Assembly: GCA_963734535.1 (NCBI GenBank)
Contig: CAVTHS010000002.1
Location: 64,001-128,000 of the forward strand
Direction of reading: 5' to 3'
Source: an uncultured Chloroflexia bacterium
GTDB lineage: Bacteria; Chloroflexota; Limnocylindria; Limnocylindrales; CSP1-4
DNA length: 64,000 bases
The notes beneath the pieces were generated by a model. It saw nothing but the letters and a program-made list of their open reading frames with translations. It had not been told where the DNA came from and ran no database searches. Numbering within the stretch: the first letter of the stretch is position 1; each line of letters starts with the position of its first letter. A program made the position numbers and the translations under genes. Shown piece after piece: positions 51,268 through 61,487 of the stretch.

Positions 51268-52707
51268 ATGAAGCCTGACGCGCCCGACGCGATCGTCGTC
51301 GGGTCGGGACCGAACGGGCTGGCCGCCGCGATCACCCTGGCCCGCGCGGGTCGGTCGGTCGTCGTGTACGAAGCGCACCCCACGGTCGGCGGGGGGATGC
51401 GCAGCGCGGAGCTGACGCTGCCCGGGTTCGTCCACGACATCTGTTCGGCCGTCCAGGGGACGTCGACGGCCTCGCCCTTCTTCCGCGACCTCGACCTCGG
51501 GCGGTTCGGGCTCGAGTTCATCGACCCACCGGCACCGCTCGCCCATCCCCTCGACGGCGGTCGCGCGGCCGTCCTCGAGCGGTCGGTCGCCGAGACGGCA
51601 GCCGGGCTGGGGGGCGACCGGGCAGCCTACCGACGGCTGATGGGACCCCTCGTGCGCGACGCCGACGCCGTGATGAACCTCGTGTTGGGCCCGGTCTTCC
51701 GCGTCCCGCGCCACCCACTGGCGGCGGCCCGGTTCGGGTTGCCGGCGCTCCGCTCGGCGGTCGGGCTCGCCCGGAGCAGGTTCAGGGGAGACGATGCCCG
51801 GGCGCTGCTTGCCGGAGTCAGCGCCCACTCGATGCTGCGCCTCGACCGGCCCCTCACCGCCTCGTTCGGACTGGTCCTGGCCATCACCGCTCACGCCTAC
51901 GGCTGGCCGATCGTGCGCGGCGGAACCCAGCAGCTCGCCGACGCCCTCGCTGCCGAGCTGCGATCCCTGGGCGGGGAGATCGTGACGGACCACCCCGTGA
52001 CCTCGATCTCCGAGCTCCCGGCGGCCCGGGCGGTGCTCTTCGACACCACGCCGCGCGCACTCGCCGCGATCGCCGGCGAACGCCTGCCGGGCCGGTATCG
52101 GCGCCGCCTCGAGGGGTTCCGCTACGGCCCGGGTGTCGTCAAGGTCGACTGGGCGCTCAGCGCCCCGATCCCCTGGCAGGCGAAGGGTGCCGGTCGGGCG
52201 GGAACGGTCCACGTCGGCGGGACGCTCGACGAGATCCGCGCGGCCGAAGCGGAGGTCGCGGCCGGGCGCCACCCGGAGCGGCCCTTCGTGCTGGTCGTTC
52301 AGCAGAGCCGCTTCGACGCGAGCCGTGCGCCCGCAGGGCGCCACACGGGCTGGGCCTACTGCCACGTCCCGAACAGCTCGACGTTCGACATGAGCGATCG
52401 GATCGAGGCCCAGGTCGAGCGGTTCGCGCCCGGCTTCCGCGACACGATCCTTGCGCGCTCGGTTCGCCTGCCGGCCGACCTGGAGGCCTACAACCCGAAC
52501 TACGTCGGGGGCGACATCAACGCTGGCATCGAGGACATCCGCCAGCTGTTCACGCGGCCCGTGGCCAGGCTGGACCCCTACTCCACGCCAACCCCCGGGA
52601 TCTACCTGTGCTCCTCCTCGACGCCACCAGGCGGCGGCGTCCACGGGATGTGCGGCGTCTGGGCCGCTCGGTCGGCGCTCCGCCGGGAGTTCGCCAGCGG
52701 CGACTGA
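51268..52707 (+). CDS. Phytoene desaturase-like FAD oxidoreductase
   Basis: IVVGSGPNGLAAA, GFVHDICSA, YLCSSSTPPGGGVHGMCG; ATG lies 6 nt after CACCAT. Confidence 0.9.
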   Translation: MKPDAPDAIVVGSGPNGLAAAITLARAGRSVVVYEAHPTVGGGMRSAELTLPGFVHDICSAVQGTSTASPFFRDLDLGRFGLEFIDPPAPLAHPLDGGRAAVLERSVAETAAGLGGDRAAYRRLMGPLVRDADAVMNLVLGPVFRVPRHPLAAARFGLPALRSAVGLARSRFRGDDARALLAGVSAHSMLRLDRPLTASFGLVLAITAHAYGWPIVRGGTQQLADALAAELRSLGGEIVTDHPVTSISELPAARAVLFDTTPRALAAIAGERLPGRYRRRLEGFRYGPGVVKVDWALSAPIPWQAKGAGRAGTVHVGGTLDEIRAAEAEVAAGRHPERPFVLVVQQSRFDASRAPAGRHTGWAYCHVPNSSTFDMSDRIEAQVERFAPGFRDTILARSVRLPADLEAYNPNYVGGDINAGIEDIRQLFTRPVARLDPYSTPTPGIYLCSSSTPPGGGVHGMCGVWAARSALRREFASGD

Positions 52708-52950
52708 CCGGCGGCCAGGCCGGGGCACGCTCGCGCGCGGGATACCTGTGGGCACCTCCCCACACGCCGTCATCTGCTCGCGGCTGGGCATCGCGTTGCG
52801 GCCAGGTGGCTCCACGGAGTCCCATCCTCGGGGCAGTGGGGTGAGCACCACGCTTCCAGACAAGCTGGCGGCACCCACGGGACTCCTGTCCAGCGGGCGG
52901 TGCGTCAGCCATCGCGCGCGTTGGACGCCGACGGCTCCCCGGCGATGGGA

Positions 52951-52983
52951 GTAGAGCCGGGGTAGAGCGGGCATCTCGACCAT
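52951..52983 (+). promoter_or_regulatory. SARP-type direct-repeat box B (copy 1)
   Basis: GTAGAGC-CGGG-GTAGAGC-N9-GACCAT. Confidence 0.7.
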
Positions 52984-53054
52984 GTTGAGCGCGCCCAACC
53001 ACGGGTGCATACGGCGTTGACCAGGGTCGACCCGTGTCACGAAGGGGGAATTCG

Positions 53055-53921
53055 ATGGCGAGCAAACCGAGAGCCCGGCCGCCCTGGGCGGCGGTCGTCA
53101 TACCCACAGTCGTCCTCCTTGTCGCCGCGTGCACAACCTCCGGCACGGGAGGAGCCGGCACCGGGAACCCGACCGGCGCGTCCTCGGTGCCAACCTCGAC
53201 AGCGTCGGCCCCCGTGGCCCCCAGCCGGACTGCGGCCGCCAGTCCACTGGCCTCGAGCATGGGCAATTCGAAACTCGCAGTGACCTCGTCAGTCCTCGAC
53301 GGAGCACTGACCGATCCAGTCGAGTGGATCGCAACGGTCACCGGCAACGCAGTGTCGGATCCGATCGATCACGTGGACTTCCTGGTGGACGGCGCGATCG
53401 CGTGGACCGAGCACGCCGTGCCCTACCAATTCAACGACGACGGCAACTTGCTGATCCCCTGGGTCCTGGCGCCCGGGAGCCACCAGCCGGGAATCAACGC
53501 CGTCACAGCCTCCGGAGCCTCCGCGATGACGCAGGCGAGGATCACCACGACCCGGCCGGCGGTCCCCGCAGCGCTGCTCGGCAAGGTGTTCGTCCGGTCC
53601 ATGCCGGGCGGGGGCCAGACGCCAGCCGGCGACTGGCGCTTCACCTTCAACGCCGACGGCGTGATCGCCATCGACGATCCCGGTGGCTTCGGGGCGAACG
53701 AGGGCTTCCTCGCAACGTCGGATGGGACGATGACGCTGTTCGGACCCGCGAACTGGATCGAGCCGGCGGACAGGTGGGGTGGCTTCTGCGACACGGCCGA
53801 TGGCATCGCCAAGATGCACTGGCAGCTCCAGGGAACCCATCTCGTCCTCTCGAGCATCGGCACCGACCCCTGTCGCGGGCGGGCGTTTCTGTTCGCCGGG
53901 ACGTGGACGCTCAAGCCATAG
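53055..53921 (+). CDS. Lipoprotein with Ig-like domain
   Basis: Lipobox LVAAC; Ser/Thr/Pro linker; VDFLVDG...PYQF Ig-like pattern; C-terminal beta domain with two Cys. Confidence 0.75.
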   Translation: MASKPRARPPWAAVVIPTVVLLVAACTTSGTGGAGTGNPTGASSVPTSTASAPVAPSRTAAASPLASSMGNSKLAVTSSVLDGALTDPVEWIATVTGNAVSDPIDHVDFLVDGAIAWTEHAVPYQFNDDGNLLIPWVLAPGSHQPGINAVTASGASAMTQARITTTRPAVPAALLGKVFVRSMPGGGQTPAGDWRFTFNADGVIAIDDPGGFGANEGFLATSDGTMTLFGPANWIEPADRWGGFCDTADGIAKMHWQLQGTHLVLSSIGTDPCRGRAFLFAGTWTLKP

Positions 53922-54045
53922 GCGTCGGCACCGCTAGAGGGGGTGAGGCGCTCGTGGAGCAGCCGAAGTCAATGTGCCCTACCGTGACCGCGAGCTGGGC
54001 CCCGGCCGACGTTGTTGGCGGGCGGTGGTGGGCAGCGAGGGGGCG

Positions 54046-57000
54046 ATGAACTTCCGGATCCTCGGCTCGCTCGAGGTCGTCGGTGGCGCTGCCATAGCCG
54101 ATCTCGGGCCGCCCAAGCAACGGGCGTTGCTCGCGGTCCTGCTCCTGCATGTCGGGGAGATCGTTTCGGTCGACCGGCTGATCGACGCGCTGTGGCCGGG
54201 CGAACCTCCGCGGACGGCCGCCCATTCGATCCAGATCTACGTCTCCGAGCTCCGAAAGGCGCTGGCCCCCTTCGCGTCCGGAGAGCTCATTGTCACTCGT
54301 CAGCCCGGCTATGCCCTCCAGGCAACCGCGGAATCGGTCGACGCCCGGCAGTTCGAGCGACTTGTCGACGATGGGCTGGCGCGCCTGCAGGCTGGCGACC
54401 GCTCGGCGGGCACCGAGCTGCTCCGATCGGCTCTCACGCTCTGGCGCGGCCCCGCCCTCTCCGATTTCACTTATGAGGAGTTCGCCCAGCCATACATCCG
54501 CCGCCTGACCGACCGTCACCTGGATGCCATCGAGGAGCTCGCCGCCGCCGTCCTTGCGGGCGGGGCGATCCAGGATGCCGTGTCACTGGCGGAAGCGGCG
54601 ATCCGTGAGGATCCGCTTCGCGAGCGATCCCGCGAGATCCTGATGCTCGCGCTCTACCGCTCGGGACGGCATGCTGAAGCCCTTCGGACGTACCAGCGTC
54701 TTCGCGAGCTCCTGGCGGAGGAAATCGGGCTCGATCCGTCTCCGGCCGTGCAGCGGCTCCAGGAGCGGATCCTGCTCCACGATCGAACCCTCGCCCCGGC
54801 CGACGACCCGGCGCCCGTCGACGCGATCAACCCATACAAGGGCCTCCGTTCGTTCACCGAGGACGACGCGGCGGACTTCTTCGGTCGAGATGCGCTGGTG
54901 GAGCGACTCCTCGAGGCCCTCCGAGCGGACAAGCGGCTGATCGCTCTGGTTGGCCCATCCGGTTCGGGCAAGTCGAGCGTCGTGGCGGCCGGCTTGATCC
55001 CTCGGTTGCGCGCCGGTGCGATCCTTGGCTCGGATCGTTGGACGATCGCACAGATCATCCCGGGCGCCAATCCGCGCGACCAGGTCGCGGCCGCCCTCCG
55101 AGGACCCGGGCGCTCGACGGGCACGGAGGAGGGAACGCCAGTCGAATCCGAGGGGCGGCCGATGCCCGCGCCGGGTCGCGCCACGCCGGGCGATCGGCTC
55201 CTGCTGGTGATCGACCAGTTCGAGGACCTGTTTTCGGTCGCCGACGAGCAGGAGCGCCGACGGTTCTTGCTCGAGCTGACGGACGGGATCAAGTCTCCCG
55301 ATCGGAAGCTCACCGTCCTGCTGACGCTGCGGGCTGATTTCTACGATCGCCCGCTCCTGGATCCGGGATTCGCCGAGGTGTTCGTGCCGGGCGTGATGAA
55401 CGTGCTGCCAATGACGACCGACGAGCTCGAGGCGGCGGTCGTCGGGCCGGCCGAGCGCGTCGGAGTCACGGTGGAGCCCGGATTGCTCGCAGCGCTTGTC
55501 GCAGACACGGCTGCCCAGCCCGGCGCGCTGCCGCCACTGCAGTTCGCACTCGCGGAGCTCTTCGACCGAAGCGCACGTGCCACGCTCACGCTCGCCGGCT
55601 ACCGCGCCATCGGCGGCTTGCGTGGAATCCTCTCGCGACGGGCCGAAGCCCTGTACCGACAGCTCGGAGACCAGGAGCAGCAGGTCGCCAAGCAGGTGTT
55701 CCTGCGGCTCGTTCGGCCTGGCCGTGGGACGATCGACTCAGGACGGCGGCCCCCGCTCTCCGAGCTCGCCGACCTCGACATGGACCCGGTGGCCCTCTCA
55801 GAAGTCCTCAACGCGTTCGGTCGCAACCGGCTCCTTTCGTTCGATCGCGACCCCGTGACCGGCGATGCCACGGTCGAGGTTGCCCACGAAGCGCTTCTCC
55901 GGGAATGGGAGCGCCTGGCGGGCTGGATCGACCGACATCGCACGGCCCTCCGCCGCCACGACACCTTGACCGCTGCCGCGGAGGAATGGGAGGCCGCCGG
56001 CCGCGACGCCGACTATCTCGTTGTTGGGTCGCGCCTCACCGAGCTCGAAGCGACGATCAAGGACGGCACCCTCCAACTGACCGGGCGCGAGCGCGCATTC
56101 CTTGAGGCGAGCCTCGATCGGCGGCGCACCGAACGGGCACGGGAGGCCGCTCGGTGGGCGTCGAGCAGAAGGCTGGAGCGCCGAGCGAGGTCGCGGCTCG
56201 TCGGCCTCGGGATCGCTCTGCTGGCGCTGATTGTCGTCGGTGGCTATGCCGCGCTCGTCGCCGCCGGCAGCAAGCTGGCACCCGTCGCGTTGCTTTACAA
56301 CGGCGACGGCGTCTTCACCGCCGCCCGCATCGTCGAGCGCGGGTTCGACAGTGGGGTGTCGGACCTCGGACTCACCTCGCGCAAGACGTCGGTGTCGGAC
56401 GGCCCGTCGGCTGACGCTGCCCTCCGGACGTTGTCCAGGGACGGGGCCGGGCTCATCGTGGTCGCGAACGTGGAGGCGGACGTTGACGCTGTTGCTGCTG
56501 ACTTTCCTCGTACAAGGTACGTCGTGCTCGACCTGCCAGCCGTGCAGTCGAATGTGATCCACCTTTCGTTCGCGGATAACCAAGGCTCCTTCCTCGCCGG
56601 TGCGGCCGCGGCGACCACCAGCCGGACGGGTACCATCGGCTTCATCGGCGGCATGGATGGCCCGGTCATCTGGCCGTTCCAAGCCGGCTACGAGGCCGGG
56701 GCCCGCGCGGTCAACCCGTCGATCAGGATCCTGGCGACGTACCTGTCGGCGTTCGGTGACTACAACGGGTACGACGATCCGGTCGCCGCCGCGACTGCGG
56801 CCGCGGTCCAGTACAGGTCCGGTGCCGACGTGATCTTCGGTGCTGCTGGCGATTCCGGGTACGGTGTGTTCAGGGCGGCTACCGACGCGTCCGCCGCCAC
56901 CGGGCGGAAGGTGTGGGCGATCGGCGTCGATTCCGACCAGTACCAAACTGTCGGGGACAACTCGGCGAACGTCGGATGGCAGGCCTGGCAGCCGCACATT

Positions 57001-57276
57001 CTCACCTCGATGCTGAAGCGCGCGGACATGGGCGTCCACGCGGTCCTGTCCGACTACGCCCACGGGAGCGCTGCAACCGGCGCTCGCAACCTGGGACTTG
57101 CCGCCGGAGACGTCGGTCTCTCCTACAGCGGCGGCTTCATCGACGGAATGCGCCCGATGATCGATGCCTGGACGGCGAAGATTGTCGCGGGCTCCGTCGT
57201 GGTGCCATGCATCCCCGCCGAGCGGCTGAGCCAGGCGGGCGCCATTGGATTGCCTCCGATCGGCTGCGGCGACTGA
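54046..57276 (+). CDS. SARP(wHTH-BTAD)-STAND NTPase-TM-BMP ligand-binding domain regulator
   Basis: MNFRILGSLEV, YVSELRK, EDPLRER; NPYKGLRSF, GPSGSGKSS, VIDQFEDLF, TLRADFY, EVAHEALL; TM LVGLGIALLALIVVGGYAAL; BMP GSFLAG, IGFIGG, FQAGYEAG, IGVDSDQ, TSMLKR. Confidence 0.88.
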   Translation: MNFRILGSLEVVGGAAIADLGPPKQRALLAVLLLHVGEIVSVDRLIDALWPGEPPRTAAHSIQIYVSELRKALAPFASGELIVTRQPGYALQATAESVDARQFERLVDDGLARLQAGDRSAGTELLRSALTLWRGPALSDFTYEEFAQPYIRRLTDRHLDAIEELAAAVLAGGAIQDAVSLAEAAIREDPLRERSREILMLALYRSGRHAEALRTYQRLRELLAEEIGLDPSPAVQRLQERILLHDRTLAPADDPAPVDAINPYKGLRSFTEDDAADFFGRDALVERLLEALRADKRLIALVGPSGSGKSSVVAAGLIPRLRAGAILGSDRWTIAQIIPGANPRDQVAAALRGPGRSTGTEEGTPVESEGRPMPAPGRATPGDRLLLVIDQFEDLFSVADEQERRRFLLELTDGIKSPDRKLTVLLTLRADFYDRPLLDPGFAEVFVPGVMNVLPMTTDELEAAVVGPAERVGVTVEPGLLAALVADTAAQPGALPPLQFALAELFDRSARATLTLAGYRAIGGLRGILSRRAEALYRQLGDQEQQVAKQVFLRLVRPGRGTIDSGRRPPLSELADLDMDPVALSEVLNAFGRNRLLSFDRDPVTGDATVEVAHEALLREWERLAGWIDRHRTALRRHDTLTAAAEEWEAAGRDADYLVVGSRLTELEATIKDGTLQLTGRERAFLEASLDRRRTERAREAARWASSRRLERRARSRLVGLGIALLALIVVGGYAALVAAGSKLAPVALLYNGDGVFTAARIVERGFDSGVSDLGLTSRKTSVSDGPSADAALRTLSRDGAGLIVVANVEADVDAVAADFPRTRYVVLDLPAVQSNVIHLSFADNQGSFLAGAAAATTSRTGTIGFIGGMDGPVIWPFQAGYEAGARAVNPSIRILATYLSAFGDYNGYDDPVAAATAAAVQYRSGADVIFGAAGDSGYGVFRAATDASAATGRKVWAIGVDSDQYQTVGDNSANVGWQAWQPHILTSMLKRADMGVHAVLSDYAHGSAATGARNLGLAAGDVGLSYSGGFIDGMRPMIDAWTAKIVAGSVVVPCIPAERLSQAGAIGLPPIGCGD

Positions 57277-57335
57277 CCGAGGCGATCTCTGCGGATCACG
57301 CGTCGCGCCGGCTGAGGATCGCGTCGAGTTCCGAC

Positions 57336-57368
57336 GTAGAGCGCGGGTAGAGCAGGGCGCTGGAGGAT
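57336..57368 (+). promoter_or_regulatory. Box B (copy 2)
   Basis: GTAGAGC-GCGG-GTAGAGC-N9-GAGGAT. Confidence 0.7.
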
Positions 57369-57428
57369 CGCGCACGGAGGCCGGCCCGCTGGGCCGGGCC
57401 GTGCACGGCCTGACAAGGAGTCATCGCC

Positions 57429-59258
57429 ATGAACCTGGGGGGCACCCGTCCGAACGCCCGACGACAACGGGCAGGACTCCGTTCGACGCTCGCCATCGGT
57501 CTGACGGCCGTGCTCTGCGCCGCCCTGCCGGGCGTTGCCGCGGCCGCCGGCCCGTCGGGTGCGTCGTCCGGGGGGCAGATCACGCGGCAGCCCATGCGGC
57601 TGACCCACCATGCAGCGCCGGCATGGCTCGCGGGCCAGATGCGAATCCTCACCGGCGGCGCTAACCCTTCCCGGCCTTCACTCGTCTCGGCGCTCCCGGC
57701 GAGCGGTGCGAACCTGTGTGTCGGTAGCCGGCCGGCGTGCTTCGCGACGATCCAGGCCGCGCTGGACGCTGCCCATGACGGCGACACGATCCGAATCGGC
57801 GCCGGAACCTACGCCGGCGGAATCACCATCAACGCGAGCGTCAATCTCATCGGCGCCGGAGCCGGCCTGACGGTCATCAGGGGTGGTGGCCCCGTGGTGA
57901 CCATCGGCGAGTATCGGGCCCCCAGCGCGCCGACGGTCGCGATCAGCGGGGTGACCGTCACGGGCGGCGTCTCGCACTCGAGCCCGATGTCGGCTGACTG
58001 GCTCGGAGCGGAGGATGTGATCGCGGCCGGCGGTGGGGTCGAGATCCTGCCCTTCGCCGACTCGAACGGCAACCTCGCCGGCGGGGCTACCGTAACGATC
58101 AGTCACAGCGTGGTTACCGGCAACACGGCGACCCCGACCCAAACCCTGTTGATCGGACCCGCGTGTCCCGGCGGCCCTTGCTCGTTCGCCTGGGCGAAGG
58201 GAGGCGGAATCGACAACTTCGGCAACCTGACGCTGGTGGACACCACCGTCAGCAACAACACCGCAGCCGGCGTCGCCAGTGATGCGAACGGCGGGGGGAT
58301 CAACGTCTGGGGGACCGGCTCCCTGACCCTTGCAGGGAGCCGCGTCACCGGCAACCTCGCGACCGCCGTGGCGCCCGACGGCCGCTACGCTGAAGGCGGT
58401 GGCATCTTCACGGACGAGGGCATCACGCTCGGCATCAGCGACAGCGTGATCAGCGACAACGCGGCCAGCCTGACCAGCACGCAGCCGTTCGACGTCGGCG
58501 GCGGTAACACGCTCGACATGAACGCGAACGGCGGCGGCATTCACGTCGGCGACGGCAGCAGCGTGACGATCAGCGGCACGACGATTCGTAACAACCTCGT
58601 CAGCGTCAATGACCCCAACGGCGAGCCGTACGCCTTCGACGTCGCGCTGCACCCAGGTGACGGCCCCTTCGTCCTGCGCGACAGCACGATCTTGAGCAAT
58701 CATGTCCTCGCCCAGGTGGGTTCATCTGCCGACGTCGGCCCGAGCGGAAGCGCCGTCGGTATCACCGGCCCCGCCACAGTCACCAAGACCAGGATCGTCG
58801 GCAACACCACCCTGGTGACGAGCATGTCCGGCAGCGCCTGGGCCTCGGCCGCAGGTGTGTACGCGGGCGACACGACGTCGACACCGATCCTGATGAGCAA
58901 CACGATCATCAGTGGCAACCTGACCACGACCTCGAGCACGAGCGGATCTGTGACGGTCAATGGCTCCGGCCTGGTCAACGAGGGCCAGCTGCTCCTTCGC
59001 GACACGATCGTGGCGGCGAACGTCGGGGTCGCCCACGGGCGGTCTGGAACCGCGCAGGGCGCGGGCGTCTGGAACGGCAGCCTGTTCGACTCGACGCCCG
59101 CCCAGCTGACGCTGGATGGCACGACCGTGAGCCTCAACGCGCTCATCGGGGGTGCTGGCGTCACGCTTCAGGGCGGCGGTGTGTTCACGGCCGTCCCGGT
59201 CATCCTCCACGGAAGCCGTATCGCGCATAACCTGCCGGACGACTGCTCCGGCTGCTGA
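57429..59258 (+). CDS. Secreted right-handed beta-helix (pectin-lyase-like fold) protein
   Basis: Signal peptide; TIQAALDAAHDGDTIRIGAGTY; repeated GGGI..LTL..S.VS.N.A units; ends NLPDDCSGC. Confidence 0.8.
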   Translation: MNLGGTRPNARRQRAGLRSTLAIGLTAVLCAALPGVAAAAGPSGASSGGQITRQPMRLTHHAAPAWLAGQMRILTGGANPSRPSLVSALPASGANLCVGSRPACFATIQAALDAAHDGDTIRIGAGTYAGGITINASVNLIGAGAGLTVIRGGGPVVTIGEYRAPSAPTVAISGVTVTGGVSHSSPMSADWLGAEDVIAAGGGVEILPFADSNGNLAGGATVTISHSVVTGNTATPTQTLLIGPACPGGPCSFAWAKGGGIDNFGNLTLVDTTVSNNTAAGVASDANGGGINVWGTGSLTLAGSRVTGNLATAVAPDGRYAEGGGIFTDEGITLGISDSVISDNAASLTSTQPFDVGGGNTLDMNANGGGIHVGDGSSVTISGTTIRNNLVSVNDPNGEPYAFDVALHPGDGPFVLRDSTILSNHVLAQVGSSADVGPSGSAVGITGPATVTKTRIVGNTTLVTSMSGSAWASAAGVYAGDTTSTPILMSNTIISGNLTTTSSTSGSVTVNGSGLVNEGQLLLRDTIVAANVGVAHGRSGTAQGAGVWNGSLFDSTPAQLTLDGTTVSLNALIGGAGVTLQGGGVFTAVPVILHGSRIAHNLPDDCSGC

Positions 59259-59300
59259 GACCGCGGGCCGGGGCCACAGCGGGGCACACCGCACGGTCGG

Positions 59301-59339
59301 GTAGCCCAGATGCAGATCCGCTTCTCGCAACTGGGCTAC
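59301..59339. terminator. Hairpin between convergent genes
   Basis: GTAGCCCAG...CTGGGCTAC with an inner imperfect stem. Confidence 0.5.
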
Positions 59340-59466
59340 TCGTCCGCTGCCCGCTGCCCGCCGCACGCTCGTGCCTGCCATGCCTCCGCCCGATGCTTCG
59401 TCAGCCGGACGCATCAGACGATGCGATTGTGGCGTCAGCACTCTTCTTCAGGCCCTCTGTTCACCG

Positions 59467-60911
59467 TCAGCGCCCGCTGACGACGTCACCGATCCAGAAC
59501 ACGGCCCGATCGCCGCCCATCCCGGTGCCCACGGTCTTGCCGCCGATGATCGCCCGGGAGCCCGACACGGCGAGCGAGCGTCCGAACTCTTCATTGGTCG
59601 CTTCGATGGTCGCCGCCCGCCACTTCGTGCCGTCCACGGAAGTCCACACGGCCATATTGCCCTGCCCGTCGTCGCCGACGACGATGAAGCCGCCGCTCAT
59701 GGCGTAGAGGCCGGGGATCGACGACCCGCGGATGTCGGGAGCGGTGCGAACCGACGCCGACCCGGTCCGCGCCCACGTTGCGCCGCCATCTGCGGAGAGC
59801 CACGCCGCGAGACCGGTCCAGGTGCCGGGGGTCGCCTCGTCACCCGGCGCGGGCACGGCGCCCAGCGCGGCGAGATGGCGGCCCTGGGCCGCCACCGAGA
59901 CGAGGTCCGCGCTCGCGTCCGACCCGTCGGGGAATGTCGCCCGCTGCCAGTCCTGCCCGTCGGGCGAAAACCAGGCCGCGGCTGATGTCTCCACGCTGCC
60001 GACTGCCACGAAACCCTCGTCAGTGGCCGTGACGCCGGTGACCTTGGCGCCGGGCGTCCCAACCGGCGCCTCGGACCACGTCGTGCCGTCGCGGCTGAAG
60101 ACGAGCGACCCGACGTCGAGGCCGCGCACCGCCATGATTCCCGCCGGCCCCACGGTGACGCGGAGAAGCTCACCCGGCGCGAACGCGGGCTGGTCGGGGA
60201 CGCGTTGCCAGGTCGTGCCGTCGGTCGAGGTCCAGGCGGCGCCGGCCGGCCGCACGTCGGTCGCCACGCCCTTGTCGATCTCCGCGCGGATGGCCGTCGT
60301 GTCCTCGCCGACCGCGACGAGAAGGTCGCCCCAACGGGCGATCCCGCTGACCTGCGTGTCGCCACCGGGGGAAGCGAACCGCCCGCGGTCCACGTCATGC
60401 CGTCGCCCGAGTGGAGGACCACGGGAGCCTTCCTGCTGTCGATGGCGGAGGCGATCGCGACGAACCTCCCGTCGGGCGCGGTCGCCACCGCGGTGTTGCT
60501 CGCCGGGCTCACGTGCAGGAGGGGCGCGTCGGGCACGCGGCCCCAGGTCGTCGGCGGAGCGCCGGCCGGCAGGACGAGGGCCGGCGCAGAATGTGTTGGC
60601 GTGAGAGCAGCCGACGCCGACGGCGCCGGGCTGATCGGCGCGACCGACGGAAGAACGCTCGGCGCCGGTCCGACCGAAGTCCTGCGAGCGCCCAACCCGA
60701 TGATGAGCGTGGCGCTGACCAGGACCACCGCGGCCACTGCCGCTACCGACGCCATCAGCCGGGAAACGCGCGGGGGCCGGACGAGCCTGGCCCGAAGCGC
60801 CGCGTCGTCGGGCACCGCGGCGATGCGCGCCCGCAGTCCGCTGCCGACCGGGCCGGGATCGTCCTCGAGAAGCGCGGCACGCAGCTCACGCTCCAGGTGC
60901 TCGTCGTTCAT
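59467..60911 (-). CDS. Membrane-anchored anti-sigma-like protein with extracytoplasmic beta-propeller (frameshift ~60370)
   Basis: MNDEHLERELRAAL N-terminus, TM, Pro linker, repeated W.S.DG..W (BNR-like) units; ATGA-coupled to the ECF sigma. Confidence 0.75.
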
Positions 60912-61480
60912 CGGGAACCTCCGGGCGCCCGCTCCGCGGCGTCGAGGGCCGCTCGCATCTGGCGCAGCGCGTAGTGGAGCCGCGACTTCACGGTCCCCTC
61001 GCGCTCGCCCGTCCGGGCGGCGATCTCTGCAGGGGACAGGTCGGCGATGTGGCGCAGGACGACCGCCACGCGGTGGTCGGCGTCGAGGGTCGCGAGCGCC
61101 CGATGGAGGATCTCGCGCTCGTGCAGGCCGGCGAATGCGTCGGGGCCGGGCGCCTCGGTCTCATTGGTGAAGGCGAGCCGGCGGATCATCTTCCGGCGCA
61201 TCCGCGCCCGGCAGCCGTTGACGAGGATCCGGTCGAACCAGGCGTCGACCCGCTCGGGATCGCGCAGCTCTCCCCAGTGGAGCCAGGCTTGGACCGCGGC
61301 GTCGTGGACGGCATCCTCGGCATCCGATCGGTCGCGGAGAAGGAGGCCAGCCAGGCGATAGGCGCGCTCCAGGCGGCTCTGCGTGAACCGCTCGAAGGCT
61401 GCCCTCCGCTCGACCTCCGTCCCCCCGGACGCGCGAGGCCCCACGGTGATCACGCCCTCCAGTCGTTCGATGGCCACCAT
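60908..61480 (-). CDS. ECF RNA polymerase sigma factor
   Basis: DAEDAVHDA, AWFDRILVN, EIAARTGEREGTVKSRLHYA. Confidence 0.92.
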   Translation of the reverse strand: MVAIERLEGVITVGPRASGGTEVERRAAFERFTQSRLERAYRLAGLLLRDRSDAEDAVHDAAVQAWLHWGELRDPERVDAWFDRILVNGCRARMRRKMIRRLAFTNETEAPGPDAFAGLHEREILHRALATLDADHRVAVVLRHIADLSPAEIAARTGEREGTVKSRLHYALRQMRAALDAAERAPGGSR

Positions 61481-61487
61481 GCTCTAC

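Noticed and set aside
51268-52707. Carotenoid biosynthesis cluster
   Set aside because: No crtB/crtE/crtY neighbours; a generic phytoene-desaturase-like oxidoreductase.
54046-57276. Avs-like antiphage STAND system
   Set aside because: The N-terminus is a SARP DNA-binding/BTAD module, not a nuclease, SIR2 or other toxic effector.
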